Source of the DNA: Carpediemonas membranifera BICM
Taxonomy: Eukaryota > Protista > Fornicata
Assembly (NCBI GenBank): GCA_019828565.1
Contig: JAHDYR010000053.1
Span: 966,272-1,030,271, forward strand
Direction of reading: 5' to 3'
Length of the DNA: 64,000 bases
The number at the start of each line of letters is the position of its first letter. The stretch's first letter is position 1. Under the pieces are notes generated by a model. That model was given only the letters and a program-made list of their open reading frames with translations, was not told the origin of the DNA and ran no database searches. Below are positions 32,707 to 42,189 of the stretch, one piece after another. A program made the translations under genes and the position numbers.

Positions 32707-33351
32707 TTACCACTGCCTGCGGTTTTCCAGCATTCGGTGGCCGCCCCTGCGGTGACGGTGGCTCAGATCAGGCAAACCCCGGGCCACGCGGTCCCACTCG
32801 CTGTCGAACTTACCGGCGTCATCATCTGCGATGCCGATGAGGTTCCTGGTCTCCGTCTGTGAGCCCCGGCCGTCGTCCTCCTGGATGAGCTCGACAGCAC
32901 GGTCCCCGATGGCGCGGCTGTGGACGGACTTTGTCTTGCCTTCGCTATTGCGGACGGTGCGGCGAGTCTCGGTGACGCCGTTAGAGGACCGAGTTGTGGT
33001 CGTCGAGCTGTAGCAGACGGAAGGTGGCACACGATCCGCCACGTTGCTGTCAAACATCGTCTCGAACATCTCCTCGGCCCTGGAGAACATGCTGCCAATG
33101 CCGAACGGGTCTCTGCTGGCTCTGGCGAGTGAAGAAGGGCGGCGGACGTTTTCGTCGGGCTCCTCGACAACTGGCGTGGTAGACGAGTCATGTACTTCTT
33201 CGTTGTCGTTAAGAGGCTCTACGACGGCGTCTTCACACTGACGGCGGTGATTGTCTAACGGGAAGCGGCCAAACGGAGGAAACATATCATCAAACGCGTC
33301 GAACATCGATCTGTGTGATCTAAGATAGGAAGAAACGAACCTGCTGAACAT
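32707..33351 (-). CDS. MLF: Myeloid leukemia factor (MLF)-family protein
   Basis: CYSSTTTTRSSNGVTETRRTVRNSEG...HSRAIGDR...RNL.GI..DD...FD.EW matches the MLF core pattern. Confidence 0.75.
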   Translation of the reverse strand: MFSRFVSSYLRSHRSMFDAFDDMFPPFGRFPLDNHRRQCEDAVVEPLNDNEEVHDSSTTPVVEEPDENVRRPSSLARASRDPFGIGSMFSRAEEMFETMFDSNVADRVPPSVCYSSTTTTRSSNGVTETRRTVRNSEGKTKSVHSRAIGDRAVELIQEDDGRGSQTETRNLIGIADDDAGKFDSEWDRVARGLPDLSHRHRRGGHRMLENRRQW

Positions 33352-33455
33352 GGTTGGTACTTTGAACTGTCTTCTTACTGATGAAAGCCAATCGTTGAAT
33401 TATGCCGGAGGAGGATCGATCCGTTCGATCAATTCACCAATCAAATAAATTTGAC

Positions 33456-35243
33456 TCAGCTAACGAGTCTAAAGAGACCCCGACTTGCCAGACGCCTGCA
33501 CATATCCAAGGCGAGAGCAGCGAGGCATGCGAGTAGTATCCCAGTCTCGAACAGCATCCTGGGGGCGAACACAGACCAACCCATCAGGGAATGTTGGAGC
33601 AGGAGAGCGGCAAACGCGGCCATGGATGCTCGCCCGGCCCTGACAGCAAGGGTTCGGGGTTGTTTGACGGCTGACACGGCGTGTGGTCCGAAAAGTGCGA
33701 TGCCCAAGAGCAGGGTCGCGACGGGCATCGAGAACGTCTTCAACCCGAGCCATGCGGGACTAGGGTCGACCTCGGAGAGGCTGTAGTGGGCACCCCACAA
33801 GAAGAATGCGACATCTGCCACTATAGGCGAGGGTGACACAGCCGGGACCAGTGCTGAGAGAACCTGGACGGGAGACGAGGCTTGGTGCAGTCTTAGGGTG
33901 TGAATGGCCGTGATGTCCATGGGAATAGCGAGAGCGGAGAGGATGTACATGGCAATGTGGCCGGGTGTGGACGGGAGCAGGGCTAGGACTGGTGGAACGA
34001 ACCACAGAGGCGTCCCCATAAAACAAGCAGCAATAACCTTAGCCTGCACAGTCAGAGTCGGGTCTGGAGTCGGTCTGCCCTCATCCATGGGGAGGGTGAG
34101 ACGGCCGAACTCTTCTACCGGTGCCAGCGTCCGCTGCCCGATAAATAAAAGAGGGACGAGGACGACTGGGGCAACATTGGCGAGGTGTGGCAGGGCAAAT
34201 AGGGCTGCGGCGACGTGAGAGTTCTCAGAGAGGCAGTTGGACAGCATGCCGATGCCCTGTGTGACGTGGGCCACGATCTCCCATGAGGGGGCTGCAAGAA
34301 GAGGCAGCACGGTGATGCAGAGCAGGCCTGCAATTACACAGACGCCTGCAGCGAATAAAGTGTACATGGGGTCGCCCTCCTCCTCCCCGGGGGGCAGCAG
34401 GCCCGTGTCATCGCCCAGAACAGCCCCCTCGATGAATGAGCGGACGGATACCTGTGCAACTGACTCTCCCGGTACATAAGGTTGACTCAACCCGAGAGTA
34501 CTATAGACCATGAGACCGGCGTGGGTTTCCTGGTGACTAGAGCCCCCGTGGCACCCAGAGTCAGTCATACCATGGTCGCCCATGACCAGCAGGAGTGTCT
34601 CGCCGTCCAATGGGTCGACCAGCTCCCTCAGTAGCACGTCAGTGGCCTCCATTACCGGCATGACCTTGTCATCGGCAACCCCAGTCTGATGCTCCATGTG
34701 GTCGAGACCGAGGGTGTGGATGACGATCAAACGGGGCTGTGGCAGGGCATGTAGGTGATGGATGTTCGCCATGATGCCCTCATCAACTGATGTGGTGTCT
34801 AGAATGTCGAACGAACGAAAGGGATAGGACACGTCCCAGGAGCTTGGGAGCAGGGAGGTCCACGTGTTGTCCCCAGCAAACCCAGTGGAAAACCCGGCAT
34901 CGCGGAGTGTGTCAACGAAGTTAGGCCCGTGGAACTGCGGTGTGTTGAAGTTTTGGAGGGATTCGAGGTATGATGAGGGGCGGCCACTGACGAGGGAACG
35001 CAGGCGGGGGGTGGTGACGGTAGGATTGCCGCAATACATGTCATAGAAGCGCATATGTTTGTCTGATTGGATCATACTGGTGCTGATGTTGTAGAATGAA
35101 AGGCGAAATGGACTTGTGCCGCCGCTAAGCACTGCTGGCGCTAGCTGATCAAATCTCAGAGCATCTACCATAGCAATGACAACATTATTGTATGTACTGG
35201 CCGCCAGCACTGCTGCTACGAGCACCAGCAGAACGGGGACCAT
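33456..35243 (-). CDS. GPI ethanolamine-phosphate transferase (PIG-O/PIG-G family), compact
   Basis: VDALRFD, PTVTTPRLRSLVSG, GDNTW, HTLGLDH, MGDHGMT..GCHGGSS..E and C-terminal WSVFAPR.LFE motifs. Confidence 0.88.
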   Translation of the reverse strand: MVPVLLVLVAAVLAASTYNNVVIAMVDALRFDQLAPAVLSGGTSPFRLSFYNISTSMIQSDKHMRFYDMYCGNPTVTTPRLRSLVSGRPSSYLESLQNFNTPQFHGPNFVDTLRDAGFSTGFAGDNTWTSLLPSSWDVSYPFRSFDILDTTSVDEGIMANIHHLHALPQPRLIVIHTLGLDHMEHQTGVADDKVMPVMEATDVLLRELVDPLDGETLLLVMGDHGMTDSGCHGGSSHQETHAGLMVYSTLGLSQPYVPGESVAQVSVRSFIEGAVLGDDTGLLPPGEEEGDPMYTLFAAGVCVIAGLLCITVLPLLAAPSWEIVAHVTQGIGMLSNCLSENSHVAAALFALPHLANVAPVVLVPLLFIGQRTLAPVEEFGRLTLPMDEGRPTPDPTLTVQAKVIAACFMGTPLWFVPPVLALLPSTPGHIAMYILSALAIPMDITAIHTLRLHQASSPVQVLSALVPAVSPSPIVADVAFFLWGAHYSLSEVDPSPAWLGLKTFSMPVATLLLGIALFGPHAVSAVKQPRTLAVRAGRASMAAFAALLLQHSLMGWSVFAPRMLFETGILLACLAALALDMCRRLASRGLFRLVS

Positions 35244-35427
35244 CGTTGGCCAAATCTGACTTTTCAGACTCACGGGTGACTACCGCAGCACACGAAGTAC
35301 TACGCTCATGGCGGAGTGTGTTTCAGGGTGCCTCCCTCGATGAGCTCTTCCAGTCGTCCGCTGGGTGTCACTGAGCTGAAGTGCGTGGACCCTCGCCGCC
35401 ATTCATAGCCCGAACTATTTACGTCAC

Positions 35428-36744
35428 TTACATAAAATCCTCGAGGTCGTCGTAATCGTCCATCTCCGCGTCAATGATGGCCGCCATGTCGACCTTCCAA
35501 CGAAGCACGCCGCCGATGCCGCCGAAGCCCTTGACGAACTGGTGGCCCTCCTGCGACCTGTCCGTGATGAAGTGGAGCCTGCAGCCGAAGTTCTTGTAGT
35601 TCTGCACGATCCATTCGCTGAGGAGCTGCTCGTCGAGCACGTCGAGCTTCTTACCCGTGTCAGAGAGGAAGAGGTTGTTGTCGTTCTTGTTCTTGATGTC
35701 GTCGGGGGTCATGATGCGAACGATGGGGACGTCGGGGTTCTCGTTATCCCTGAACACGTAGCGGACATGCGCCAAGTTCTCCCACAGAATGAGGTCGTCA
35801 ACGGAGCCAAGGTCGAGGGCATGCATCGTGTCGCTGACGCCGAAGCAGAACTGGCCGGTGTCGCGGGAGATCTCTTCGAAGTACCCGGCGATGAGCTTCT
35901 TTTCTTCGAGCAGCTTGACGTTGGCAAGACACTCTTGGGCAAGATCGATGGCCTGGTTGAAGCCGTCCTCGCCACCATAGCTGACGTCGACCATCTTGAG
36001 GACGATCTTCTTAAGCCTGGGGTCAAACATGTCAGAGCCGGCCAGCACGGACTTGAAGTCGGCCGAGCCAGCCAGGATGAGGCCCTGGACGTTTGGCTTC
36101 TCGTTATCGATAAACTGCTGCACAGCAACCTCGCACACCTTGCGCACATAGTGGTGGCGCTTCTCCTCGCGGAGACGGGAGAATCGGACGGCGGACTGGC
36201 CACCGCGGCCGTGCTTCTTAGGCAAGTCGACCGAGAACGAGTGGAGAACAGTACGTGTGCTGCCGCAGACAGTGCCATAGAGACAGCCGTTACCGTCCAT
36301 GATGATGAAACCGAACTTCTTGTCGTCCTCGAGCAGCTCGCGGAGGGGCTCAGTGTGGAACTTGTTGTCGCACAGATAGAGGCTCTGCTTGATCGGGCGG
36401 ATGGGCTCGATGGTCATGGAGACCTTCTTCTCCTTGCCTTCGTCGCCAATGACTGTGCCCGAGTACACAACGAGGCCGTTGGGAGGCACGCGGGTGTAGA
36501 GCTTGAGCTTCTGCTGTGTGGAAGTGATAGCGGCGAGAACGGAAAGTCTGTTCACACGAGACTTGATGTTCGACGCGGTGCCGTACTCTTCGGCGAGCAT
36601 CTTGCTATATCTAGAGATCTGGTCGCCTGCAGGGATGATCAGCGAAACCATGGAGGTACCGTTGCCCTTCGCCTGCTCAAGATGCTCTACTAGCTTTCTA
36701 ACACGCCAGAGATCGATGTGCTTATCCTCTTCGTTATCAGCCAT
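35428..36744 (-). CDS. eRF1: Eukaryotic peptide chain release factor 1
   Basis: GTS, TASNIKS, YLCDNKF, GRGGQS and GFGGIGG motifs. Confidence 0.99.
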   Translation of the reverse strand: MADNEEDKHIDLWRVRKLVEHLEQAKGNGTSMVSLIIPAGDQISRYSKMLAEEYGTASNIKSRVNRLSVLAAITSTQQKLKLYTRVPPNGLVVYSGTVIGDEGKEKKVSMTIEPIRPIKQSLYLCDNKFHTEPLRELLEDDKKFGFIIMDGNGCLYGTVCGSTRTVLHSFSVDLPKKHGRGGQSAVRFSRLREEKRHHYVRKVCEVAVQQFIDNEKPNVQGLILAGSADFKSVLAGSDMFDPRLKKIVLKMVDVSYGGEDGFNQAIDLAQECLANVKLLEEKKLIAGYFEEISRDTGQFCFGVSDTMHALDLGSVDDLILWENLAHVRYVFRDNENPDVPIVRIMTPDDIKNKNDNNLFLSDTGKKLDVLDEQLLSEWIVQNYKNFGCRLHFITDRSQEGHQFVKGFGGIGGVLRWKVDMAAIIDAEMDDYDDLEDFM

Positions 36745-37705
36745 GCTGTTCTACACTTCACTGAGCCCTCGATAAACTGCACTGGAGTCGATGAACTCGA
36801 TGAAAACTAGGCATTGTTGGGAAGCGTTCAGACGTTTTGGAGCATTCACTTCATCACAAATGAACTGGCAGGGTGGGATGACTAGATGGGGGCAGTCTTC
36901 TTCCGAGCATTGGGATTTCTGGGTGCAGGCGCCATATGCTGACAAGAACAGGTCGAGGGCGGGCTAGACCGAGCCTGGCAGCGAGTATACATGGTACGAA
37001 TGTCGTCAATCGCTGAGTGGGGCTGACTAACTGTCGCTGGCGGGACTGGGGTTGAGTCGGTTGGCTCAGCTTACTTCTAAACAAACAGCTTTCATGGTAG
37101 ATGTGATTCATGGAATGTGTGTCTGACACGTTATTCTCATATCTTGGTCTGGCGCAACATATATTAGTCTGTCTGGTCTGCCGTACTTCGTTGTCTCGGG
37201 CAATCCTTGGCGTGGCCACGGTGCTGAATGGTGTGCCATGCTGGCTAGTCTCACTGCCAAGGATGAACGAGACTAACACCAAAATACAGTGGATGAGATC
37301 AGTCAGTTCAGTCAATGTCCAGCGCATTTATGATCAAGACGGATCGACGGCTGGCCGACTTGTCACCACAGATCCAATATAATGCAATCATCAATATCTC
37401 ATGGGGCGACTACACCACATATACAACATCACAACGGTTGATCATAACAGCATATTCACGACGAACCTTCAACCAGACAAGACCTGGCCCCACACAACCA
37501 AGGGTGTGGACGAGTAATTCCAGCCTCAGCCAGCCCCCCGAAACGAGGATATGAGATGAAGAGTCATACTCATGAAGCCCACGTAAGCCTGCATGCACCG
37601 CCCAGCAGCCTCAGCATCTCCGCTTCATCTGATTGAGCCTTGCAAATACTCACCCCGATGGTCAAGTATGAATTTGCATGATTACATGGATTTACATCAC
37701 CCCAT

Positions 37706-38414
37706 TTACATTAGCTCCGCCCTCCTTGCTACCCTAGTCTCGAGGAAGTCGGCCGGCAGCATAGTGGAGTTCGGCTCGTTCTGCAGCAACTTGTGCTCAA
37801 ACATAAACCTCAGGAACCTCTCGCACAGACCAGTTTGGTCCTCGAAGTCCTCGAACACCTCGCGGTGGTGATGATAGACGTGAGCAAAGACCCGGGCAAG
37901 TCGGCGAGCCATGGACGCAAAGAGCTTGTGGCCCTTACTGTGGATGGTCACCCTGGACGGGAAGTAGTTGATGCTGTTAAGCACGGTCGATGTAGCATCT
38001 ACGGTGTGGGCCATGTAGTCGATGGCCGAGCACTGCTGCGGCGTCTTGTGGGCAGCACATAGGAATACCCATTCTTGCCCAACTCGCATCTCTGGGCAGG
38101 AATGGGGCGTGCACTGGTCCTGTACGACTGAGATTAGCAGGGAAAGCTGATCAGTCATCGCACGGATGTTTTCGTACTGCCAGACATGCAGATACTGCTT
38201 CTCATTCAGATCTGAAGGTATTTTGATGAAAGCCTCGACGTTCAACGGGGTGTTTTCGATCATATTGTATATATACTCCTGAATCGGGAAGGAGCCGTCG
38301 ATTTCTTCTGGACCAGAGACCGTCTTGGTCCGAATATCAGCATTCTTGGTAAGGATTGCGATAATAACTAACCTTGGTTCCCGGAAGAAGACAAGGGGGC
38401 GCTTCTGATGACAT
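37706..38414 (-). CDS. MOB4: MOB4/phocein; exons 38414-38373 and 38344-37706
   Basis: PGTK|NADI...FPIQEYI, VWQYE, CT..SCPEM...EW.FLCAAHKTP..C.AIDY..HT, YFPSRV and RRL.RVFAH.Y.HH motifs. Confidence 0.9.
38345..38372 (-). other. Spliceosomal mini-intron, 28 nt
   Basis: GTTAGT...CCTTACCAAG. Joins the conserved PGTK to the downstream frame. Confidence 0.8.
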
Positions 38415-38436
38415 TGGTTCGATTTTTCTGCGATGA

Positions 38437-39004
38437 TACTTAAAATGCATCATTCGCTTAAACGGTCCGCAGCTTGCTCACACCCTAGGATGGACTCCTC
38501 GGCGACTCCCTCGCGGTATTGCCCCTCCCCGGGCAGCCCCCACCAGGCTGGTTGTCTTCTACGGAAGCGCTAGATTCAAGACGCCCCGTCGGGTGCATCC
38601 ATGCGCGCCGTATGGTCGCTTTGCAAAATCACTAGCACACATCATGAGAGCTTTCAACATCACTGCTGAAGTGCGGATGACTAGCGAGTTCCGAACCTCA
38701 CTCGTCTGCCCCTTCTGCCGCGCGAGGTTCCGTAGAACTCGCTACACGAGGCGCACGATGCGATGCTCCATGGTACAGACAGCAACGCCTCAATTCCGAT
38801 CCTACCACCACTTGGCTCAATCTCTCCCACAGAGACAAGACTGCTGCACAGAACATCGTGGATTGCGGCCTCATGACGGATGCACAGTATCAAGCCAGTG
38901 CTTTCAGAAATCCAAGACCTCCAGCCCGTCTTCCCAACTATAACCCCAATGCACCAATTACGGCTAACCAGCCGCTAGTCTTCGCCTCCGGGCAAGCTAA
39001 TTGA
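38437..39004 (+). pseudogene. Fanzor1/TnpB-like RuvC nuclease C-terminal remnant (5'-truncated, frameshifted)
   Basis: Frame A reads RLVVFYGSARF...PCAPYGRFAKSL...VRMTSEFRTSLVCPFC (38545-38718). The +1 frame reads ARCDAPWY...SHRDKTAAQNI (RD at 38831-38836) and stops at 39002-39004. Confidence 0.8.
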
Positions 39005-39055
39005 AGTGGAGAGACGCAGTGCTTGCACTGTGCACTCTATGATACTTCACTTAAA
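38955..39055 (+). ncRNA. Putative omega-RNA scaffold / element right end
   Basis: Stems: CGGCT/AGCCG, GCC-TCCG-GGC (UNCG loop), CAATTA/TAATTG, CAGTG-CTTG-CACTG (CUUG loop), AGAG/CTCT and TGAAGT/ACTTCA. The segment overlaps the 3' end of the Fanzor-like ORF. Confidence 0.65.
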
Positions 39056-39126
39056 CGCACCACTCACTCTACACAGACTCCCAAGACCAGCATCATTCAC
39101 GGCGCAGTTTACTATGTCCATAACCA

Positions 39127-40815
39127 TCACACGGGCCGCGCCGCCATGTCGAGCACCGCACTAATCCGCCCAGCCTCAGCGTCGAGTAACTCCAACATCG
39201 CCTTTTCAACCTCGGCTGCGGCATCATTGGAGGGCAGTCGCATCTCCTTGTACACCCTGGCTGCCTCCGCGGCCGCGTCCTTGTTTGCTTTCCCGACACA
39301 CCCGACGATGGGCGCGATCATGTCCGCAGTGGCCGAGTCGGCCTTAACCCCGTCTGGGAGGGCAGCCCAACCATCGAGGAAGGTGTCGATGATGGGCAGG
39401 GACAGGAATGCTCTGAAGCAGTCGGCCTTGCTCCGGCCCGCCCCGACGTGCTCTCCGATAGAGTCCCAATCCGGACCAAATGTCTCGAGGCCCTCTAGGA
39501 GCAGAAGGACCTCCTCCCTGCTCCATTCCGTGCCCTTGCCGACGACACCGGAGACCTTGACGAAGTCTTCAGGGCCCAGCCCGTCCGACTTATAAATTTC
39601 GGGATGGGCCCAGCAATTCCCACAGAGATCGTAGTCAGAGGTCCGTATGCCGTGGTAGCACAGGGAAGAGCAGTCGGCCCCGCAGTGGTTGCAGTGGAAA
39701 GTGAGCTTGGGCTCAGTCAACGATCTATTGGAATCGGTGTGGTGTATGTTGCCCCGTTTCAACTCAAGCTCTGACGCAGCCAGCACTGGGGCAGATTGTG
39801 CGGGTGTCTTTCCATCCGGGGCCTCGCTGCTGTCCAATGGGGGGAGAACGGTCATGTCGGGCGGGACGGTGAGATGGCCGATTCGAGAGGCATGGCAATC
39901 AGATGACGGGTCGACCCCGCTGTTGATGATGCCGTGGAATACGAGGAAGTCAAACAGCCTGTGTATGGCACCAACATCCGCGGGGATGGCCTTGCGGACG
40001 GCAGTGAGGGAAAGTATCTGGGCCGGCCGGTTGCTCCAGGCGTCGATGATGAAGTTGCGGTACAGTATGTAGTTCTCCTCACACCGGATGGAGCCCTCGT
40101 TGAACCACTCGGGGAGCCTCTCCCGTTCCTCACCTGAGACTGTGTTGCGGTGGTACCAGGTGGGTTTGACGAGCTCGGACTGGACGGCGACAGGATTGTC
40201 TATGCCACCGTCCGCGTCTGCAATCTCTGGGGGCGGGAGCATGTCCGTGGTGACGCCGACAGCCTCCCCCCGGCCGCCAGAGGCAGCGGGCATGGTCAGT
40301 TTGAACAGACGGGCGTTGTACCCGGCCATGCTCTCTTCCACTGGGGCTGTAGGGAGGTGGTAGGGATGTTCCGTCCTGATTTCGATCCGGGGAGGAAGCG
40401 GTGCGGGAGGAGGCGCGGGCGGCTTCTTCTCGCTCTTCTCGCGGGCCTTGCGGCGCGGAGGAGCACTAGGAGTGACAACCTCGGACACATACTCGCTCTC
40501 TTGGGGCGGGGGCAGGTTATTCTCGAGCCAGATGATCTGGTAGGTGAGCTTTTCCTCCTCGGTGAACTCGAGCGCGCGCTCTCCAAATGAGCCATCGCGA
40601 TGAAGCAGATGATCAATCAGGTCTTCTCTAACCTCAAAACGCTTCCCAGTGCGCCCGAGAACGTCTGGGGAGCGGAGAGTGACGCGCACTGTCTGCTTCG
40701 TTGGCTTGAAAGGAGGATCAAAGGGCCTCGCAACAACAGGAGCCGCATTGAGTCTTTCGATGAGGTTTTGCTTCTGCGCCTTCTTGATTTTCGGCGTTCG
40801 ACCACCTCGTGCCAT
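39127..40815 (-). CDS. SWI3: SWI/SNF subunit SWI3/SMARCC (SWIRM + ZZ zinc finger + SANT/Myb)
   Basis: E.E.LPEWF...Y..YRNFII..W...L.LTAVR....DVGAIHRLFDFL..HGIIN, CNHC...YDLC.NC and WSREEVLLLLEGLE.FG.DW..I..HVG..RSK..C...FL.LPI.D motifs. Confidence 0.92.
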   Translation of the reverse strand: MARGGRTPKIKKAQKQNLIERLNAAPVVARPFDPPFKPTKQTVRVTLRSPDVLGRTGKRFEVREDLIDHLLHRDGSFGERALEFTEEEKLTYQIIWLENNLPPPQESEYVSEVVTPSAPPRRKAREKSEKKPPAPPPAPLPPRIEIRTEHPYHLPTAPVEESMAGYNARLFKLTMPAASGGRGEAVGVTTDMLPPPEIADADGGIDNPVAVQSELVKPTWYHRNTVSGEERERLPEWFNEGSIRCEENYILYRNFIIDAWSNRPAQILSLTAVRKAIPADVGAIHRLFDFLVFHGIINSGVDPSSDCHASRIGHLTVPPDMTVLPPLDSSEAPDGKTPAQSAPVLAASELELKRGNIHHTDSNRSLTEPKLTFHCNHCGADCSSLCYHGIRTSDYDLCGNCWAHPEIYKSDGLGPEDFVKVSGVVGKGTEWSREEVLLLLEGLETFGPDWDSIGEHVGAGRSKADCFRAFLSLPIIDTFLDGWAALPDGVKADSATADMIAPIVGCVGKANKDAAAEAARVYKEMRLPSNDAAAEVEKAMLELLDAEAGRISAVLDMAARPV

Positions 40816-41407
40816 CAACTAACTGTGCCTCGGTGCTTCTGACTTCTTGACCTTAAACTTGCGAGCGGCGGTCAGAAACAGATAGTTACGTCTGGAACGC
40901 TGGGTACATGTGCGCGTGGGCAGTCAGTAATTTTCTCTGGCGCAGGGTCGACTGACAGAATAGACCGTGGAGAGCTTGACCGGACAGAAGAATGCCATGG
41001 GGCACTAAAGCGATGCTATGTCCTTGTCGGTGGATATATGGGCTTTGTGGCTTCTGAGTCAGAGCTATTTTTGCCGCAGGCTGAGGCAACCTGTGTTGGA
41101 AAGCCAAGTGCTTCACACTGCGCAATATCGATGCATATCGTTGTCAGATGTTGGTTGCTGACGCAGCCGTCTGACCAGACATGGTATCCTTGGCGCAGGC
41201 CGTCAGGTGGCGTCCCCACCGGTCCAGGCAGAAAACCGCAGAGACCACGTGGGCATGGCCTCGATACTAGCCCTGCTTCCTGGAGCATTTGTGGGGTTGA
41301 GTCCTGAACGCTTGTGATCTCACACAATCACGACTGGATTTACGTTGGTGCATCTCAAGAGCCATAAACCATATTAAGCAGGTCACCGAGCCACCCTGAA
41401 CAATATA

Positions 41408-42051
41408 ATGAACCGTCTGGTGATAATAGCGCTTCTTATTGCTACTGTTACTGCATATAGCTGCGGCTCCTTGTCAGATCTCGCATCAACCAAGTCCTTC
41501 ACGAAGTTTAATGATAAGCAGCTCCTGTTCCTCGTTGTAGAGGGTTTGTACCACCACAATCCCATCACACAGACAGTACAAATGCCGAAGTGTTCCGCGC
41601 GCCGTTCTGCCCGACCGTGGACAAGTATGGTGCTCTCGTTATCAACAACCTGTGGGATAAGATCGAGTCCTCCGAGACGTACTACCTCCATGTCGAGGTC
41701 TGGGCCAAGTCCAAGCTGATGTACTCCACTAGCAGCAAGACTCTGCTATCCGGGGGCAAGTTCATCCCATACCGTGTGGTTCAGGTCAGCACCGTCAACG
41801 GCGGAGTCACCGACATCGCATGGAACAACAACGTGCTGTGTGAGCTGTGCAGTAGCTGCCTGGACGACGCCTGCTACATCGGCATAAGCGGCAAGAGCAC
41901 GAGTGCAGCGGACATGCAGGCTAAGGTCTTCGTCTCCTGGATTGGGACGGACGCCGACGGGTATGTGATGACCAGTGATACGACCAGCATCAGCCAGTTC
42001 AACTTTATGGATGCCACTAGCCTCCACGAGAGCATGACGGACCTCAGCTGA
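41408..42051 (+). CDS. Secreted Cys-containing protein, possibly Expp1-like; exons 41408-41543 and 41573-42051
   Basis: Signal peptide. A 29-nt GTTTGT...CACACAG intron joins the two ORFs. C-terminal G.V..I.W...C..C and VFVSWIGTDADG..MTS motifs. Confidence 0.7.
41544..41572 (+). other. Spliceosomal mini-intron, 29 nt
   Basis: GTTTGT...CATCACACAG. Resolves the frame change. Confidence 0.8.
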
Positions 42052-42189
42052 GATGAACTATGTTTGGATAAAGTCGCTTTGATGATGGGCGGAAAGATTG
42101 GGTCAGGAGGTATGCAGGGCTGGCTACTGGCTATTGTCGTCTTTGCAGGGTCCTTTCGTCTGAGTCGACACGAGTCGGTTGGCGAGGCG

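Noticed and set aside
35428-36744. Alternative genetic code (TAR=Gln as in hexamitid diplomonads)
   Set aside because: Conserved genes end at TAA, TAG and TGA at the expected positions with no internal TAR. eRF1 GTS, TASNIKS and YxCxxxF motifs are canonical.
36780-37700. Short ORFs in the eRF1-MOB4 gap (similarly 23920-24740, 26140-27000, 40830-41400)
   Set aside because: No coding-type codon bias, motifs or convincing RNA structure seen. Left unannotated.
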